In this document: one piece after another, positions 17,690 to 27,364 of the stretch
How positions within the stretch are numbered: position 1 is the first letter of the stretch
How the letters are laid out: the number at the start of each line of letters is the position of its first letter
From: a virus
Strand: one strand, 5' to 3'
DNA length: 64,000 nt
Virus record (IMG/VR): IMGVR_UViG_3300028844_006119
Coordinates: 64,001 to 128,000 of that record
Notes under the pieces: model-generated
What the model was told of the DNA's origin: nothing
Database searches by the model: none
What the model saw: the letters and a program-made list of their open reading frames with translations, nothing else
Translations under genes and position numbers: made by a program

Positions 17690-19788
17690 ACGTAGTTTCT
17701 AGCGAATCAAACCGATTCAACCCGCGCCCTGTCGACTATGAGGGTGGCCGGGGCTTCGGCATTCGCTACCCGTCCCCCTTCTTCGATGTCGCGCAGCAGT
17801 TTCTTCCGTCCGACGTACACCAGCTCCATCACTGGTGTCGGTACTACTTTCTGACCAACCCGGTTATCAACGCTGCCTGCTCCAAGATGGCGGAGTACCC
17901 CGTCACTCCTCTCGTCTTTGAGACGGAAGACCCCAAGCTGGTAGAGCTGGGCAAGTCCCTAGAAGATCAGCTAAAGCTGCGATCTTTTCAGGTTGAAGTC
18001 GGACTAGACTACTTTGTCTACGGAAATGCGTTCATCTCGCTGTTCTTCCCGTTTGAGAAGTACCTCCTCTGCCCGAAGTGCAAGGAGCGTTACCGCGCCA
18101 GCAAGAACCGCTTCAGATACAAGTGGCGGAGCGGTCGCTTCTATCTGAAGGAGTGCAAGTGCGGGTACCAGGGGTACGCGAAGCAGCAGGATGTCTACAT
18201 CCGCAGCGCGCGCGACATTCGCCTGGTTCGGTGGAATCCAGAGAACGTCAACATCAAGTACAACGAGATCACAGGTAAGGCGAAGTACTACTTCAAGCTG
18301 CCTCGAGCGATCGCCAACGATATCAAGTTGGGCGACGCGGACACGATCGAGACGCTACCCCTTGAGTTCCTAGAGGCTGCCCGTAAGAAGAAGTCCCTCC
18401 TGTTTACTCAGGACAACCTCTATCACTTGAAGCGTCCGACGATTGCCCAGAAGGATCAGGGCTGGGGCACTCCCCTGATCTACCCCTTGCTGAAGGACGC
18501 GTTCTACCTGCAGGTCATGAAGAAGGCGAACGAGGCGGTCCTCATGGAACACATCGTTCCTATGAGGATACTCTTCCCTGGGCAGAGCACGGGCGGGAAT
18601 GAGGGTCCATACGGATCCTATAACCTGAGCAACTGGAAAAAGAAGGTAGACGCTGAGATCAACATGTGGCGTCGGGACCACAACTACATCCCAGTTCTGC
18701 CCGTGAACGTCGGGTTCCAGCAGATCGGCGGACAGGGCCGAGCCCTTCTGATGTACCAGGAGATGCGTCTTCTTTCGGAGCAGATGCTCGCGGGCGCAGG
18801 AATCCCTGTCGAGTTCATCTTCGGCGGGCTTCAGTGGAGCGGGTCCAGCACCTCCCTCCGGGCTCTGGAGAACATGTTCCTGGGGTACAACAAGCAGCGC
18901 CATGAGCTCGTAAACAAGTTCATCGTGGAGAAGGTTTGCTCCTTCATGCGTTGGCCCAAGATCTCGGTGCGCTTTGACAAGTTCAAGATGGCCGACGATC
19001 TGCAGAGAAGCATGTTCTACCTGCAGCTCAACCAGGCGCAGAAGGTCAGTGACCGCAGGCTGCTTGAGGAGATCGGAGAGAACTTCGATCTCGAGAACGA
19101 TCGCATGATGTCCGAGCTAAAGAAGAACCTTCAGACGCAGCGCACCATGCAGGTCGCCGGTGCTGACGTTCAGGGAGAGATCCAGCTTCGCACTTCCCGG
19201 TACCAGGCTAAGTCTCAGTCCCTAATGGCGAAGGCACAGGCCGAAGTCCAGATGGAGATGCAGAAGAAGCAGCTGGAGATGCAGCAGCAGATGCAGCAGC
19301 AGGTGCAGCAGGGTGCAAACCCTCAACAGGTTCAGGCGGCGCAGCAGGCGGCGCAGCAACAACAAGGCGCAGCAGCACAGGCCGCCCCGCAAGGTCAGGC
19401 TCAGCAGGGCGGAGGTCAGGCTCAGCAGACTCCCGGTATGCCGGACGGGGCCACCGCGTACGATGAGAACGCGAAGTCTCCTAACGACACGGGGATGCCC
19501 GCAGCTATGGCGGGTATGACTTCTCAGATCCAGCAGGGAGCTGGAGGAGTAGACCTTCGATACATCGCCCAGAGAGCCGCGGCGTTCTTGAAAACGGTCA
19601 AGAAGGAGCAGGGCCCTGAGGCCATGTACAAGTCTTTGGCCGAGATGCAAACCGGCAATCCGAATCTCTATCAGCTGGTTGTCCAGCTATTGAACGATAC
19701 AGGATCTAAGGAAAATCCCCAGAACGCCCAGGCGGCCCCCAAGCCTAACGGGAATCCGCAAGCGGATATTTCCCGTCAGGTGGGGTAG
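17686..19788 (+). CDS. Portal protein with Zn-ribbon insertion and Gln-rich C-terminal tail
   Basis: YYFLTNPVINAA, DYFVYGNAF, WNPENV, LYHLKR, GWGTPLI and GIPVEFI occur in the order expected for phage portals. Confidence 0.75.
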   Translation: MNVVSSESNRFNPRPVDYEGGRGFGIRYPSPFFDVAQQFLPSDVHQLHHWCRYYFLTNPVINAACSKMAEYPVTPLVFETEDPKLVELGKSLEDQLKLRSFQVEVGLDYFVYGNAFISLFFPFEKYLLCPKCKERYRASKNRFRYKWRSGRFYLKECKCGYQGYAKQQDVYIRSARDIRLVRWNPENVNIKYNEITGKAKYYFKLPRAIANDIKLGDADTIETLPLEFLEAARKKKSLLFTQDNLYHLKRPTIAQKDQGWGTPLIYPLLKDAFYLQVMKKANEAVLMEHIVPMRILFPGQSTGGNEGPYGSYNLSNWKKKVDAEINMWRRDHNYIPVLPVNVGFQQIGGQGRALLMYQEMRLLSEQMLAGAGIPVEFIFGGLQWSGSSTSLRALENMFLGYNKQRHELVNKFIVEKVCSFMRWPKISVRFDKFKMADDLQRSMFYLQLNQAQKVSDRRLLEEIGENFDLENDRMMSELKKNLQTQRTMQVAGADVQGEIQLRTSRYQAKSQSLMAKAQAEVQMEMQKKQLEMQQQMQQQVQQGANPQQVQAAQQAAQQQQGAAAQAAPQGQAQQGGGQAQQTPGMPDGATAYDENAKSPNDTGMPAAMAGMTSQIQQGAGGVDLRYIAQRAAAFLKTVKKEQGPEAMYKSLAEMQTGNPNLYQLVVQLLNDTGSKENPQNAQAAPKPNGNPQADISRQVG

Positions 19789-20048
19789 CGCAGCATGGGG
19801 AGATCTATGCCCGCAGGGAACTTCAGCGGATCCCCGGCCCCTGAGGGGTACAGGTACGCAAGGATTTCCCTGGAGTTGTCTATTAGGCATCTTTCGTGGA
19901 AGATCGGCTCTTGGTCTCCTGAGTCGAAGTAGGTCTCCGATACGGTGTACCTCTTTGGCCTCCTCCCCACCTCATACCTGGACAGGCTGACCATCTTCTC
20001 ATTCTCTACGATCTGGGCCGTGCACCAGTCGCACTTGAATCTATCCAT
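19776..20048 (-). CDS. Small Cys/His protein
   Basis: CDWC...HERC; overlaps the upstream ORF. Confidence 0.6.
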   Translation of the reverse strand: MDRFKCDWCTAQIVENEKMVSLSRYEVGRRPKRYTVSETYFDSGDQEPIFHERCLIDNSREILAYLYPSGAGDPLKFPAGIDLPMLRYPT

Positions 20049-20352
20049 CGACGATGGCCAGCATCAGTACTCCGCTCTCATACCCGCAGATTTCGCATTT
20101 ACCGTTGCCGTAGTAAGGCTGTAGGATGAGACCCTCGGTGCAGGTCGAGCAGACCCACAAGTAGTCCCCAAACGCATTATCGATAAGAGAGCATGTCTCA
20201 CACGCCACATCACTACAGAGGCTTTCGGCCAAGGGACAGTACGCCGTATGTATCGGCTCGTCCCTCTGCTTCTTCTCTGTCGGGACCGCCGGGGCATCTA
20301 AAGAGAAGCCGGAGGGCCGGGCAAAAAGCCCGGCCCTCCTCTTCTTACTCAC
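20041..20352 (-). CDS. Small Cys-rich Zn-binding protein
   Basis: CPL...C...CETC...CSTC...CEIC. Confidence 0.6.
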   Translation of the reverse strand: MSKKRRAGLFARPSGFSLDAPAVPTEKKQRDEPIHTAYCPLAESLCSDVACETCSLIDNAFGDYLWVCSTCTEGLILQPYYGNGKCEICGYESGVLMLAIVDG

Positions 20353-20452
20353 CGTCGAGCTCGTCTAGCTCAGCGAGCGCGTCCTTCAGGACGCGCTCGC
20401 TCTGCTGCATCAGCCCCACCACGAAGGCGAGGCCGAATAGCCCCACGACCAC
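20345..20452 (-). CDS. 35-aa single-TM peptide, not in the ORF track
   Basis: GGGAGG RBS, GTG start overlapping the upstream TAG; MVVGLFGLAFVVGLMQQSERVLKDALAELDELDGE. Confidence 0.5.
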   Translation of the reverse strand: MVVGLFGLAFVVGLMQQSERVLKDALAELDELDGE

Positions 20453-20535
20453 TACGCCTCCCGAAAGAGGCGGTCAACCTCTTCTTGTGGGGTCTCGGGG
20501 GTCGGGGTCTCAGTCTCGTCAGCTGTATAGATCAT
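20452..20535 (-). CDS. 27-aa acidic peptide, not in the ORF track
   Basis: AAGGAG RBS; MIYTADETETPTPETPQEEVDRLFREA; first ORF after a GTCATAA motif. Confidence 0.5.
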   Translation of the reverse strand: MIYTADETETPTPETPQEEVDRLFREA

Positions 20536-20546
20536 TCTTCACTCCT

Positions 20547-20584
20547 TTTTGGTCGGGCTATGTCCCGACCAAAAGAGTTATGAC
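20547..20584 (-). promoter_or_regulatory. GTCATAA motif plus 11-bp hairpin
   Basis: TTATGAC at 20578-20584; TTTTGGTCGGG/CCCGACCAAAA at 20547-20574. Confidence 0.6.
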
Positions 20585-20605
20585 TCGTAAACAATAAGGA
20601 TTCAC

Positions 20606-23600
20606 ATGGCAAACCTGGCTCCAGGGGACGCATACCGCCTCCTCGAAGAAAGAACCAAAGAAGCCATCAAGAGTCACTTCCCGGTCGAAGGCCGAGAAAA
20701 CAGACTCGAGTTGGTAGATATTTCCACGGATGAGGATGCCTCCTCTGCGTCTGGAAAGCACCACAGCTACAACCACACGTCTCAGACGGACGCAAAGCTC
20801 CATGACAGAACATGGGGTCCCAACATCGTAGGGACGTTCCGGCTCGTAAACATGGAGACGGGTAAGGTCGTAGACCAGGGGAAGCGCACCCTGGGCCAGC
20901 TGCCTAAGATCACCAGTCGGTACAGCTACATCGTTGAGGGGAACGAACGTCAAGTCGACAGCGTCTTCCGCCTTAACCCCGGCGCCTATCACGTAGAGGC
21001 CGACAACGGAGATCTTCTTGCGAAGTGGAACGTCGCCGCAGGATCCAAGGTTGGTTCGTTCAAGATCTCCATTGAGCGTAAGCATCCCAAGAAACTGGGG
21101 GCCATGTACCTGATTGTGAAGAGTGGCACGCAGTCTACTCGCAAGATCCCGGCGTACGGAATCCTCTCCGCCCTGGGAGTATCCGACCCTGCTATGCGCA
21201 AGGCGTGGGGAGAATCCGTATTCGAGGTAAACCGCAGGATCTCCAAGCCCAACGACCTTCTAAACTTTCACGAAGCGGTGGAGAAGCGCCGAGCGGGCAA
21301 GGATAAGTACGAGACGCCTACCCTCTCCGAGGCCCGCAAGTTTGCGAAGGAAGTCTTCGAGGGCGCAGAAGTAAACCCCGATACGATGCTTGCTACGCTG
21401 GGCAAGAAGTTCACCAACATCTCTGGGGACGCTCTCCTGGCCTCCTCGGCCAAGGTGGTGGGAATTAGCAAGGGGACCGCGGAGCCTGACGACAGACAGT
21501 CTCTCTCCAACAAGCGCCTCTTCGGGATGGAAGATTTCATCCACGAGGAGATCTCTAAGGGATCGTCTCGGTTCGAGATGCAGAAGAAGATCCGGAACAA
21601 CCTCGATCGTAAGGGCAAGATCTCAGACATTCTTCCGGCTGCGTCCGTGGGGTATGGGAGGCTGATCACGCGCAAGTTCAAGGCTGCCCAACTTCCGACC
21701 CAGACAAATCCCCTTCAGTTCGTGTCTAACCACACGAAGACGACCATTCTCGGTCAGGCGTTTGGCGGAATTAAGGGAGACAATGTCAACCTTGATCGAG
21801 ACAAGCTGATCAATCCCTCTCACTTGGGGCTGCTTGATCCTCTGCAGACACCAGAGAACACCTCTACCGGCGTCTCGCTGCACATCCCAATCGGGGCCAA
21901 TAAGAAAGGTCAGCAGCTTTACACAAAAGTCCTGAACGTAAAGACCGGGAAGTTCGAGAATAAAAACGCAGCGGAGATGGAGAAGGCCGTCGTTGCATAC
22001 CCCGACCAGGTGAAAATCACCCGCACGAAGACCGGAGCCACAGTCCGGCCCCTGCACCCCGACGTTGTCGTCTATGACTCAGACCGCAGCACGGCCAAGA
22101 GGCCCTGGAAGGACGTCCAGTACGTTCTTCCCAACGCAAAGACACTATTCTCGGTTAGCGCAAACATGATCCCGTTCGTTCAGAACGACAACGGGAACCG
22201 AGCCATGATGGCCGCTAAGCACCAGGAGCAAGCAGTCTCTCTGAAAGACCGAGAAGCCCCGCTGGTTCAGGCTGAATTTGCGGGAGGGGTCTCATTCGAC
22301 CAGATGATCGGCAAGTTGAACTCTACTACCGCTAGTGTGGCCGGAACTGTGTCGAGAATCACCAAGGATTCTGTTTACATAAAGGGCGCGGCAGGAAAAG
22401 CGGTGTCCCACCCGATCTACAACCACCATCCCCTCAACGGCACGAAGCACATGATGCATTCGACTCCGGTTGTGAAGGTGGGAGACAAGGTAAAGGTTGG
22501 ACAGCTCATCGCCGACTCTAACTTCACCAAGGACGGCACCCTATCCTTGGGTACGAATCTTCGCGTCGGGTATCTGCCGTACAAGGGCTACAACTTTGAG
22601 GACGGGACCGTCATCTCGGAGACTGCCGCCAAGAAGTTGGTGTCCACCCATCTCCACATCGAAGAAGCGGAGATGTTCGCCAACGTAGTCGTAAACAGGA
22701 AGCTGTGGAGAAACTTCGCTGGGGCCAACAAGGCCACGGCAGAAGTGATGAGCAAGCTGGACGAGGATGGCGTCATCAAGGAGGGAGCCAAGGTAGTTCC
22801 CGACGATGTGTTGATCACTCGGCTGGTCAAGGCGGAGATGACTCGAGAGAACCAGGACGTCAAGAGGTCCCTGAAGAAGGCTATCCGGGACTACAAAGAC
22901 GCCGCAGTGGTCTGGAAGCATGAGTACGGCGGCACTGTCGTTCGAGTCGTCAAGACTGCGAAGAAGATCCAGGTTCATATCCGCACTGAGCAGACAATGG
23001 AGCCCGGAGATAAGCTGTCGGGGCGTCACGGTAACAAGGGAATCATCACCAAGATCCTGCCTGACGATATGATGCCCAAGGATAAGAGCGGGAAGCCCGT
23101 CCATGTCCTGATGAGCCCCGCAGGCGTCCCATCCCGTATGAATGTCGGGCAGGTCCTGGAGACGGCTGCAAGTAAGATTGCCCGCAAGACGGGAAAGTCG
23201 TACAAGATCGAGAACTTCGATGCCTCCGTTGATTACTCCCAGAAGATTAAGGATGAGCTCAAGAAGCACAATCTTTCCGATACGGAGGAGCTTTTCGATC
23301 CCGAAACCGGAGAGTCTCTCGGGCAGATCTTTACGGGTGAGCAGTACATGCTCAAGCTGGACCACCAGGCCGAAAAGAAGGTGTCTGCCCGATCTGGAGG
23401 ATCTGGGTATGCCTATCGGCCCACCGGCGAGGCAATCTCCGGTTCGGGCATCGGGAAGGGCGGGCAACGAATTGGTGGCCTAGACACCTACGCTCTGCTG
23501 GCACACGGAGCCAAGAGAAATCTGATGGAGATGCAGACCTACAAGTCTGACTCCGAGCAGGCCCGGGATGTCTGGATTCGGGTGATGCAGGGACAGCGTC

Positions 23601-26600
23601 CGCCTCCCCCCAAGGTCCCTACCTCGATGGAGCACTTCAAGAAGTACCTACGGGCTACGGGGGTCTATGCCGAGGAGACTGGCGGTGTGTACTCCCTGTC
23701 TCCCATGACGGATGCTCAGACCCTAGGGCAGAGTAAAGGCGCGCTCGTAGCGGCGGATAAGACGCTGGTGGCAAAGGGGATGCTCACCAAGGAAGAAAAG
23801 GGCGGCCTGTTTGATAGGGGCAAGACCGGAGGCATGGAGGGCAAATTCTGGTCCCACATCGACATGAAGACCCGGATGCCCAACCCAATGTTTGAGACCG
23901 CAATCCAGTCTCTGCTCGGCCTAAAAAAGGCGGAGTTTGAAAAGCTGGTCTCCGAAAACGGAGCCGTGGGGAAGAAGTCCGGGTTCCAGATCATTGAGGA
24001 GCGTCTGCGCGCCATCAAGGTTCCCTCCGAGCTAAAGAAGGCGGAAGAGGAGCTGAAGACCGCTAAGAAGGCGGACCTCAACAAGAAGTACAAGAAGGTC
24101 CGGTATCTTCGCGCGCTGAAGGAGCTCAAGACCTCTCCGGTAGACGCCTATACGAACCAGCATCTCCCAGTGCTGCCTCCCATCTTGAGGCCGGTAAAGA
24201 TTGGATACGACGGCACACAGATGATTGATGCCGCGAATCAGTACTACGCCATGATCGGCCAGATGACCAAGCAGGTAGAGCAGGGGAAGAAGGAGGGGCT
24301 GCCGAAGGCCGACATCTTCAAGAGAGAAGCGCAGCTATACGACCTGGTCCGTGCGTTGCGCCTGAATGGCATGACTCAGGAAGGCAGGGAGCTTCCCAGT
24401 CTGATGGACAAGATGACGGGCTCGAAGCCCAAACACTCATTCTTTCAGCAGGGTGTTCTGTCGAAGCGGCAGGACTTGTCGGGCCGGACGGTCGTTACCC
24501 CAGAGCCCGCATTGAAGATGGACCAGGTGGGCATCCCTGTCGATATGGCGATGGAGACGTACAAGCCGTTCGTCATCAGAGAGCTGTGGCGTCGTATGGG
24601 AATCGCCAAGAGCCCTGGCGAAGCAAGACGCATGATCAAGAAGAACCACCCCTCCGCCAAGAAAGCGTTGGAGAGGGTGATTACTCAGCGTCCAGTAATC
24701 ATGAAGAGAGACCCTGCGCTTCATATGTTTTCTACTATGGCCTTCAAGCCAGTTCTTGTGCCGGGGAAGTCGATCAAGATCCACCCACTTGTGTGCGGCG
24801 GCTTCAACGCGGACTTCGATGGCGACACCATGGCCATGTATGTGCCCGTGACTGAGGAAGCTGCGGAGGAGGCCCTGGAGAAGATGCTCCCGTCTAAGAA
24901 CCTGTTTTCCCCCACACACGGGGGCCTCATGTTGACCCCCAGCCAGGATGCCGTTCTCGGCATCTACCAGGCTACAAAGTGGGGCAAGAAGGTTCCTGGA
25001 ATCCTTACGGAGGAGCAGGCGCTTCAGCAGCTGAAGAACGGAAAGTTGAAGTCTGACAACGTCATCACGGTCAAGGGCCACAAGAAGCCTACGACTGCGG
25101 GAAGACTGCGGATCAACAAGACCCTGCCCGGCAGCGTAAAGAATGATCCCGAGCTTCTATACGATCCCAAATTCCGCATGGCCAAGGGCGCTATGAAGGG
25201 ATTCGCAACTCGAGTAGCCCAATCCGATCCGGATGAGTTCTCCGGCATGATCGACGGATGGAAGGAGTTGGGGTTCACGCTGTCATATAAGAACGGTAGT
25301 TCGTTCAGCCTGAATGATTTTCACGACGGTAAGACCATCCGAGACAACGTCCTGAAGAAGTACAAGAAGGAAGAGAATGTGATTCGCAAGTCTGGTATTT
25401 CTCGTAAAAAGAAGGACCAGAAGATTATCGCCCTGTACCAAAAAGCAGGCGAGGAACTCAAGGTTATCGGGCAGGCCCACTACAAGGCTAAAAAAGACAA
25501 CCGTATGTGGGAGTGGGCTGAAAGCGGTGCGCGAAGCAACTGGGGCCAGTTCGGTCAGTTGGTCATGGGGCCCATGCTTGTGCAGAACCCCTCCAAGGAG
25601 TTTGTGCCTGTACCGCTCACTACCTCGTTTGGGGAGGGGCTCCCGATCTCTCAGTACTGGGCAGCGCTGCATGGCGCCCGAAAGGGAACCCTGGATCGCG
25701 CAGCAGGAACTAGAGACCCCGGAGCGCTCACCAAGGAGTTGATCAACACAGTCATTGCGTACTCTGTGACCGACAAGGACTGTGGTACTTCCAAGGGCAC
25801 TCTGATGTCCGTCATGGCGAAGGACATCGAGGGCAGGTACCTGGCGCGCGAGGTGCCCCTGAAGAGCGGGGACAAACTGACCCGTGGAACCCTGGTCAGC
25901 TCGGCATTGTTGACCAGGATGAAGAACTCCGGCCCCCAGAAGGTCCTGGTGCGCTCCCCTCTTCACTGCCAGCAGGCAACGGGCATTTGCGCCACTTGCT
26001 ATGGGCTTAACGAGAGAGGAACTCTCTACAAAAAGGGAACCAACGTTGGCATCATTGCCGGCCATGCCCTCGGAGAGCCAGTCACTCAGATGCAGATGCG
26101 GACGTTCCACACGGGCGGCGCCGGAACCGACGGGCTGACGGATTACTTCCAGCAGGCAAAGGACCTCTTCAAGGTGCCCGAGAAGCTACGAGGTGCCGCT
26201 ACGTTGGCGGAGGTCACCGGCAGGGTAGATAAAATCGAGACGGATGCCCTTGGCGGTAAGAAGGTCACGATTGGCGGAAAGCTGCACGTTGTCCCCCACT
26301 CGACCCCACTCCTCCCGAAGATTAGGGTCGGGGCGGACGTGAAGAAGACAGACGCGCTCTCTGTTGGTCGGAAAAATCCGCACGACATCCTTCGGATCTC
26401 CAACAACATCCATGCTGTCCGCAATCACCTCACGACAGAGCTAGACTCTCTGTACGTAGAGACTACGGGGAACGAGAGGCGGAGGAACATCGAGACGGTG
26501 ATCCGTGCGATGACCGATGTTGCGCAGGTGACCGAAAGCTCTGAGCACGAGAACCTGCTCAATGGGCAGATGATGTCTCTTTCCCGGATTGAGAACAGGA

Positions 26601-26944
26601 ACAAAGAGCTGAAGAAGTTGGGACTCCCCACCATCCAGCACAAGCCTCTGCTGAAGCCTATGGACAAAGTCCCGCTTTCCGGTAAAGAAGACTGGATGGC
26701 GCGACTAAACTTCCAGAGGCTTAAGGACACCCTTATCGAGGGCGGGGCACAGAACTGGAAGTCAGATATCCAGGGTCACCCCATCCCAGGCCTGGCGCAT
26801 GGTGCGGCGTTTGGACTGCAAGCCCCAAAGACCGCAGCCATAAGCTCCCCTTTCCCCAAGCCCCCCAAACCTGTTAAACTTCCGGCACCTGTGCCTGCCG
26901 CCCCGCAGGGCATCTTCGGGTCCTTCTTTGGAGCAAAGTCATGA
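20606..26944 (+). CDS. DNA-directed RNA polymerase, fused beta/beta-prime single chain
   Basis: Beta motifs: TPE, DNGNRAMM, GYNFED, GDKLSGRHGNKG, PSRMNVGQ, YMLKLDH, GGQRIG. Beta-prime motifs: KRQDLSGRTV, RDPALH, NADFDGD (24806-24826), HGARKG bridge helix, RSPLHC..ICATCYG, GEPVTQMQMRTFHTGG. Confidence 0.97.
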   Translation: MANLAPGDAYRLLEERTKEAIKSHFPVEGRENRLELVDISTDEDASSASGKHHSYNHTSQTDAKLHDRTWGPNIVGTFRLVNMETGKVVDQGKRTLGQLPKITSRYSYIVEGNERQVDSVFRLNPGAYHVEADNGDLLAKWNVAAGSKVGSFKISIERKHPKKLGAMYLIVKSGTQSTRKIPAYGILSALGVSDPAMRKAWGESVFEVNRRISKPNDLLNFHEAVEKRRAGKDKYETPTLSEARKFAKEVFEGAEVNPDTMLATLGKKFTNISGDALLASSAKVVGISKGTAEPDDRQSLSNKRLFGMEDFIHEEISKGSSRFEMQKKIRNNLDRKGKISDILPAASVGYGRLITRKFKAAQLPTQTNPLQFVSNHTKTTILGQAFGGIKGDNVNLDRDKLINPSHLGLLDPLQTPENTSTGVSLHIPIGANKKGQQLYTKVLNVKTGKFENKNAAEMEKAVVAYPDQVKITRTKTGATVRPLHPDVVVYDSDRSTAKRPWKDVQYVLPNAKTLFSVSANMIPFVQNDNGNRAMMAAKHQEQAVSLKDREAPLVQAEFAGGVSFDQMIGKLNSTTASVAGTVSRITKDSVYIKGAAGKAVSHPIYNHHPLNGTKHMMHSTPVVKVGDKVKVGQLIADSNFTKDGTLSLGTNLRVGYLPYKGYNFEDGTVISETAAKKLVSTHLHIEEAEMFANVVVNRKLWRNFAGANKATAEVMSKLDEDGVIKEGAKVVPDDVLITRLVKAEMTRENQDVKRSLKKAIRDYKDAAVVWKHEYGGTVVRVVKTAKKIQVHIRTEQTMEPGDKLSGRHGNKGIITKILPDDMMPKDKSGKPVHVLMSPAGVPSRMNVGQVLETAASKIARKTGKSYKIENFDASVDYSQKIKDELKKHNLSDTEELFDPETGESLGQIFTGEQYMLKLDHQAEKKVSARSGGSGYAYRPTGEAISGSGIGKGGQRIGGLDTYALLAHGAKRNLMEMQTYKSDSEQARDVWIRVMQGQRPPPPKVPTSMEHFKKYLRATGVYAEETGGVYSLSPMTDAQTLGQSKGALVAADKTLVAKGMLTKEEKGGLFDRGKTGGMEGKFWSHIDMKTRMPNPMFETAIQSLLGLKKAEFEKLVSENGAVGKKSGFQIIEERLRAIKVPSELKKAEEELKTAKKADLNKKYKKVRYLRALKELKTSPVDAYTNQHLPVLPPILRPVKIGYDGTQMIDAANQYYAMIGQMTKQVEQGKKEGLPKADIFKREAQLYDLVRALRLNGMTQEGRELPSLMDKMTGSKPKHSFFQQGVLSKRQDLSGRTVVTPEPALKMDQVGIPVDMAMETYKPFVIRELWRRMGIAKSPGEARRMIKKNHPSAKKALERVITQRPVIMKRDPALHMFSTMAFKPVLVPGKSIKIHPLVCGGFNADFDGDTMAMYVPVTEEAAEEALEKMLPSKNLFSPTHGGLMLTPSQDAVLGIYQATKWGKKVPGILTEEQALQQLKNGKLKSDNVITVKGHKKPTTAGRLRINKTLPGSVKNDPELLYDPKFRMAKGAMKGFATRVAQSDPDEFSGMIDGWKELGFTLSYKNGSSFSLNDFHDGKTIRDNVLKKYKKEENVIRKSGISRKKKDQKIIALYQKAGEELKVIGQAHYKAKKDNRMWEWAESGARSNWGQFGQLVMGPMLVQNPSKEFVPVPLTTSFGEGLPISQYWAALHGARKGTLDRAAGTRDPGALTKELINTVIAYSVTDKDCGTSKGTLMSVMAKDIEGRYLAREVPLKSGDKLTRGTLVSSALLTRMKNSGPQKVLVRSPLHCQQATGICATCYGLNERGTLYKKGTNVGIIAGHALGEPVTQMQMRTFHTGGAGTDGLTDYFQQAKDLFKVPEKLRGAATLAEVTGRVDKIETDALGGKKVTIGGKLHVVPHSTPLLPKIRVGADVKKTDALSVGRKNPHDILRISNNIHAVRNHLTTELDSLYVETTGNERRRNIETVIRAMTDVAQVTESSEHENLLNGQMMSLSRIENRNKELKKLGLPTIQHKPLLKPMDKVPLSGKEDWMARLNFQRLKDTLIEGGAQNWKSDIQGHPIPGLAHGAAFGLQAPKTAAISSPFPKPPKPVKLPAPVPAAPQGIFGSFFGAKS

Positions 26945-27363
26945 ACAAGATCGCCGCATACGAAATCGCACTCGAGAGAATCGAACTTGAGAAGCGGGCT
27001 GACTCCCTGGTGGAGGCCTACGGCACCAGTGAGGGCTACATGCCGGGTGCCTACCTTCAGGCGTTTGATCAGATCGAGAAGGAAGCCGGAATCCAGGCTA
27101 TCGCAAATATCGGGAGCCGCCTCTCAACAGCGGCGCGAGGCACCATTAAAGGGATGATGGGGAGCGGCGGGGCAGTAGTCCGAAAGGGCGGGAAGATGCA
27201 GCTTAGCAGGGGAGCCGGACTTGGGGACACGGCTAAGTACTACGGAGCTCGAGGCGTGCAGCGCGCGGGAAGATTCGCCATGCAGAATCCCGGCGCGACT
27301 GCAGCTGTTGGCGGGGTCGGAGGTGTCGGAGCTGCCGGCCTCGGGTACAAGGCTCTGAAGTAG
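26941..27363 (+). CDS. Leader-bearing (MNKIAAYE) protein with cationic glycine-zipper cargo
   Basis: Acidic N-terminal part ending in EKEA, then a basic part ending GGVGGVGAAGLGYK. Confidence 0.7.
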   Translation: MNKIAAYEIALERIELEKRADSLVEAYGTSEGYMPGAYLQAFDQIEKEAGIQAIANIGSRLSTAARGTIKGMMGSGGAVVRKGGKMQLSRGAGLGDTAKYYGARGVQRAGRFAMQNPGATAAVGGVGGVGAAGLGYKALK

Positions 27364-27364
27364 A

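Noticed and set aside
20345-20535. Stop-codon readthrough or recoding joining the two micro-ORFs
   Set aside because: The ORFs are in different frames, the second has its own RBS, and all long genes read normally in code 11
20606-26944. Bacterial rpoBC fusion (host chromosome) or eukaryotic giant-virus RNAP
   Set aside because: No ribosomal protein neighbours, the protein is reduced and divergent, and it is flanked by portal, spike and tail genes with Shine-Dalgarno sites
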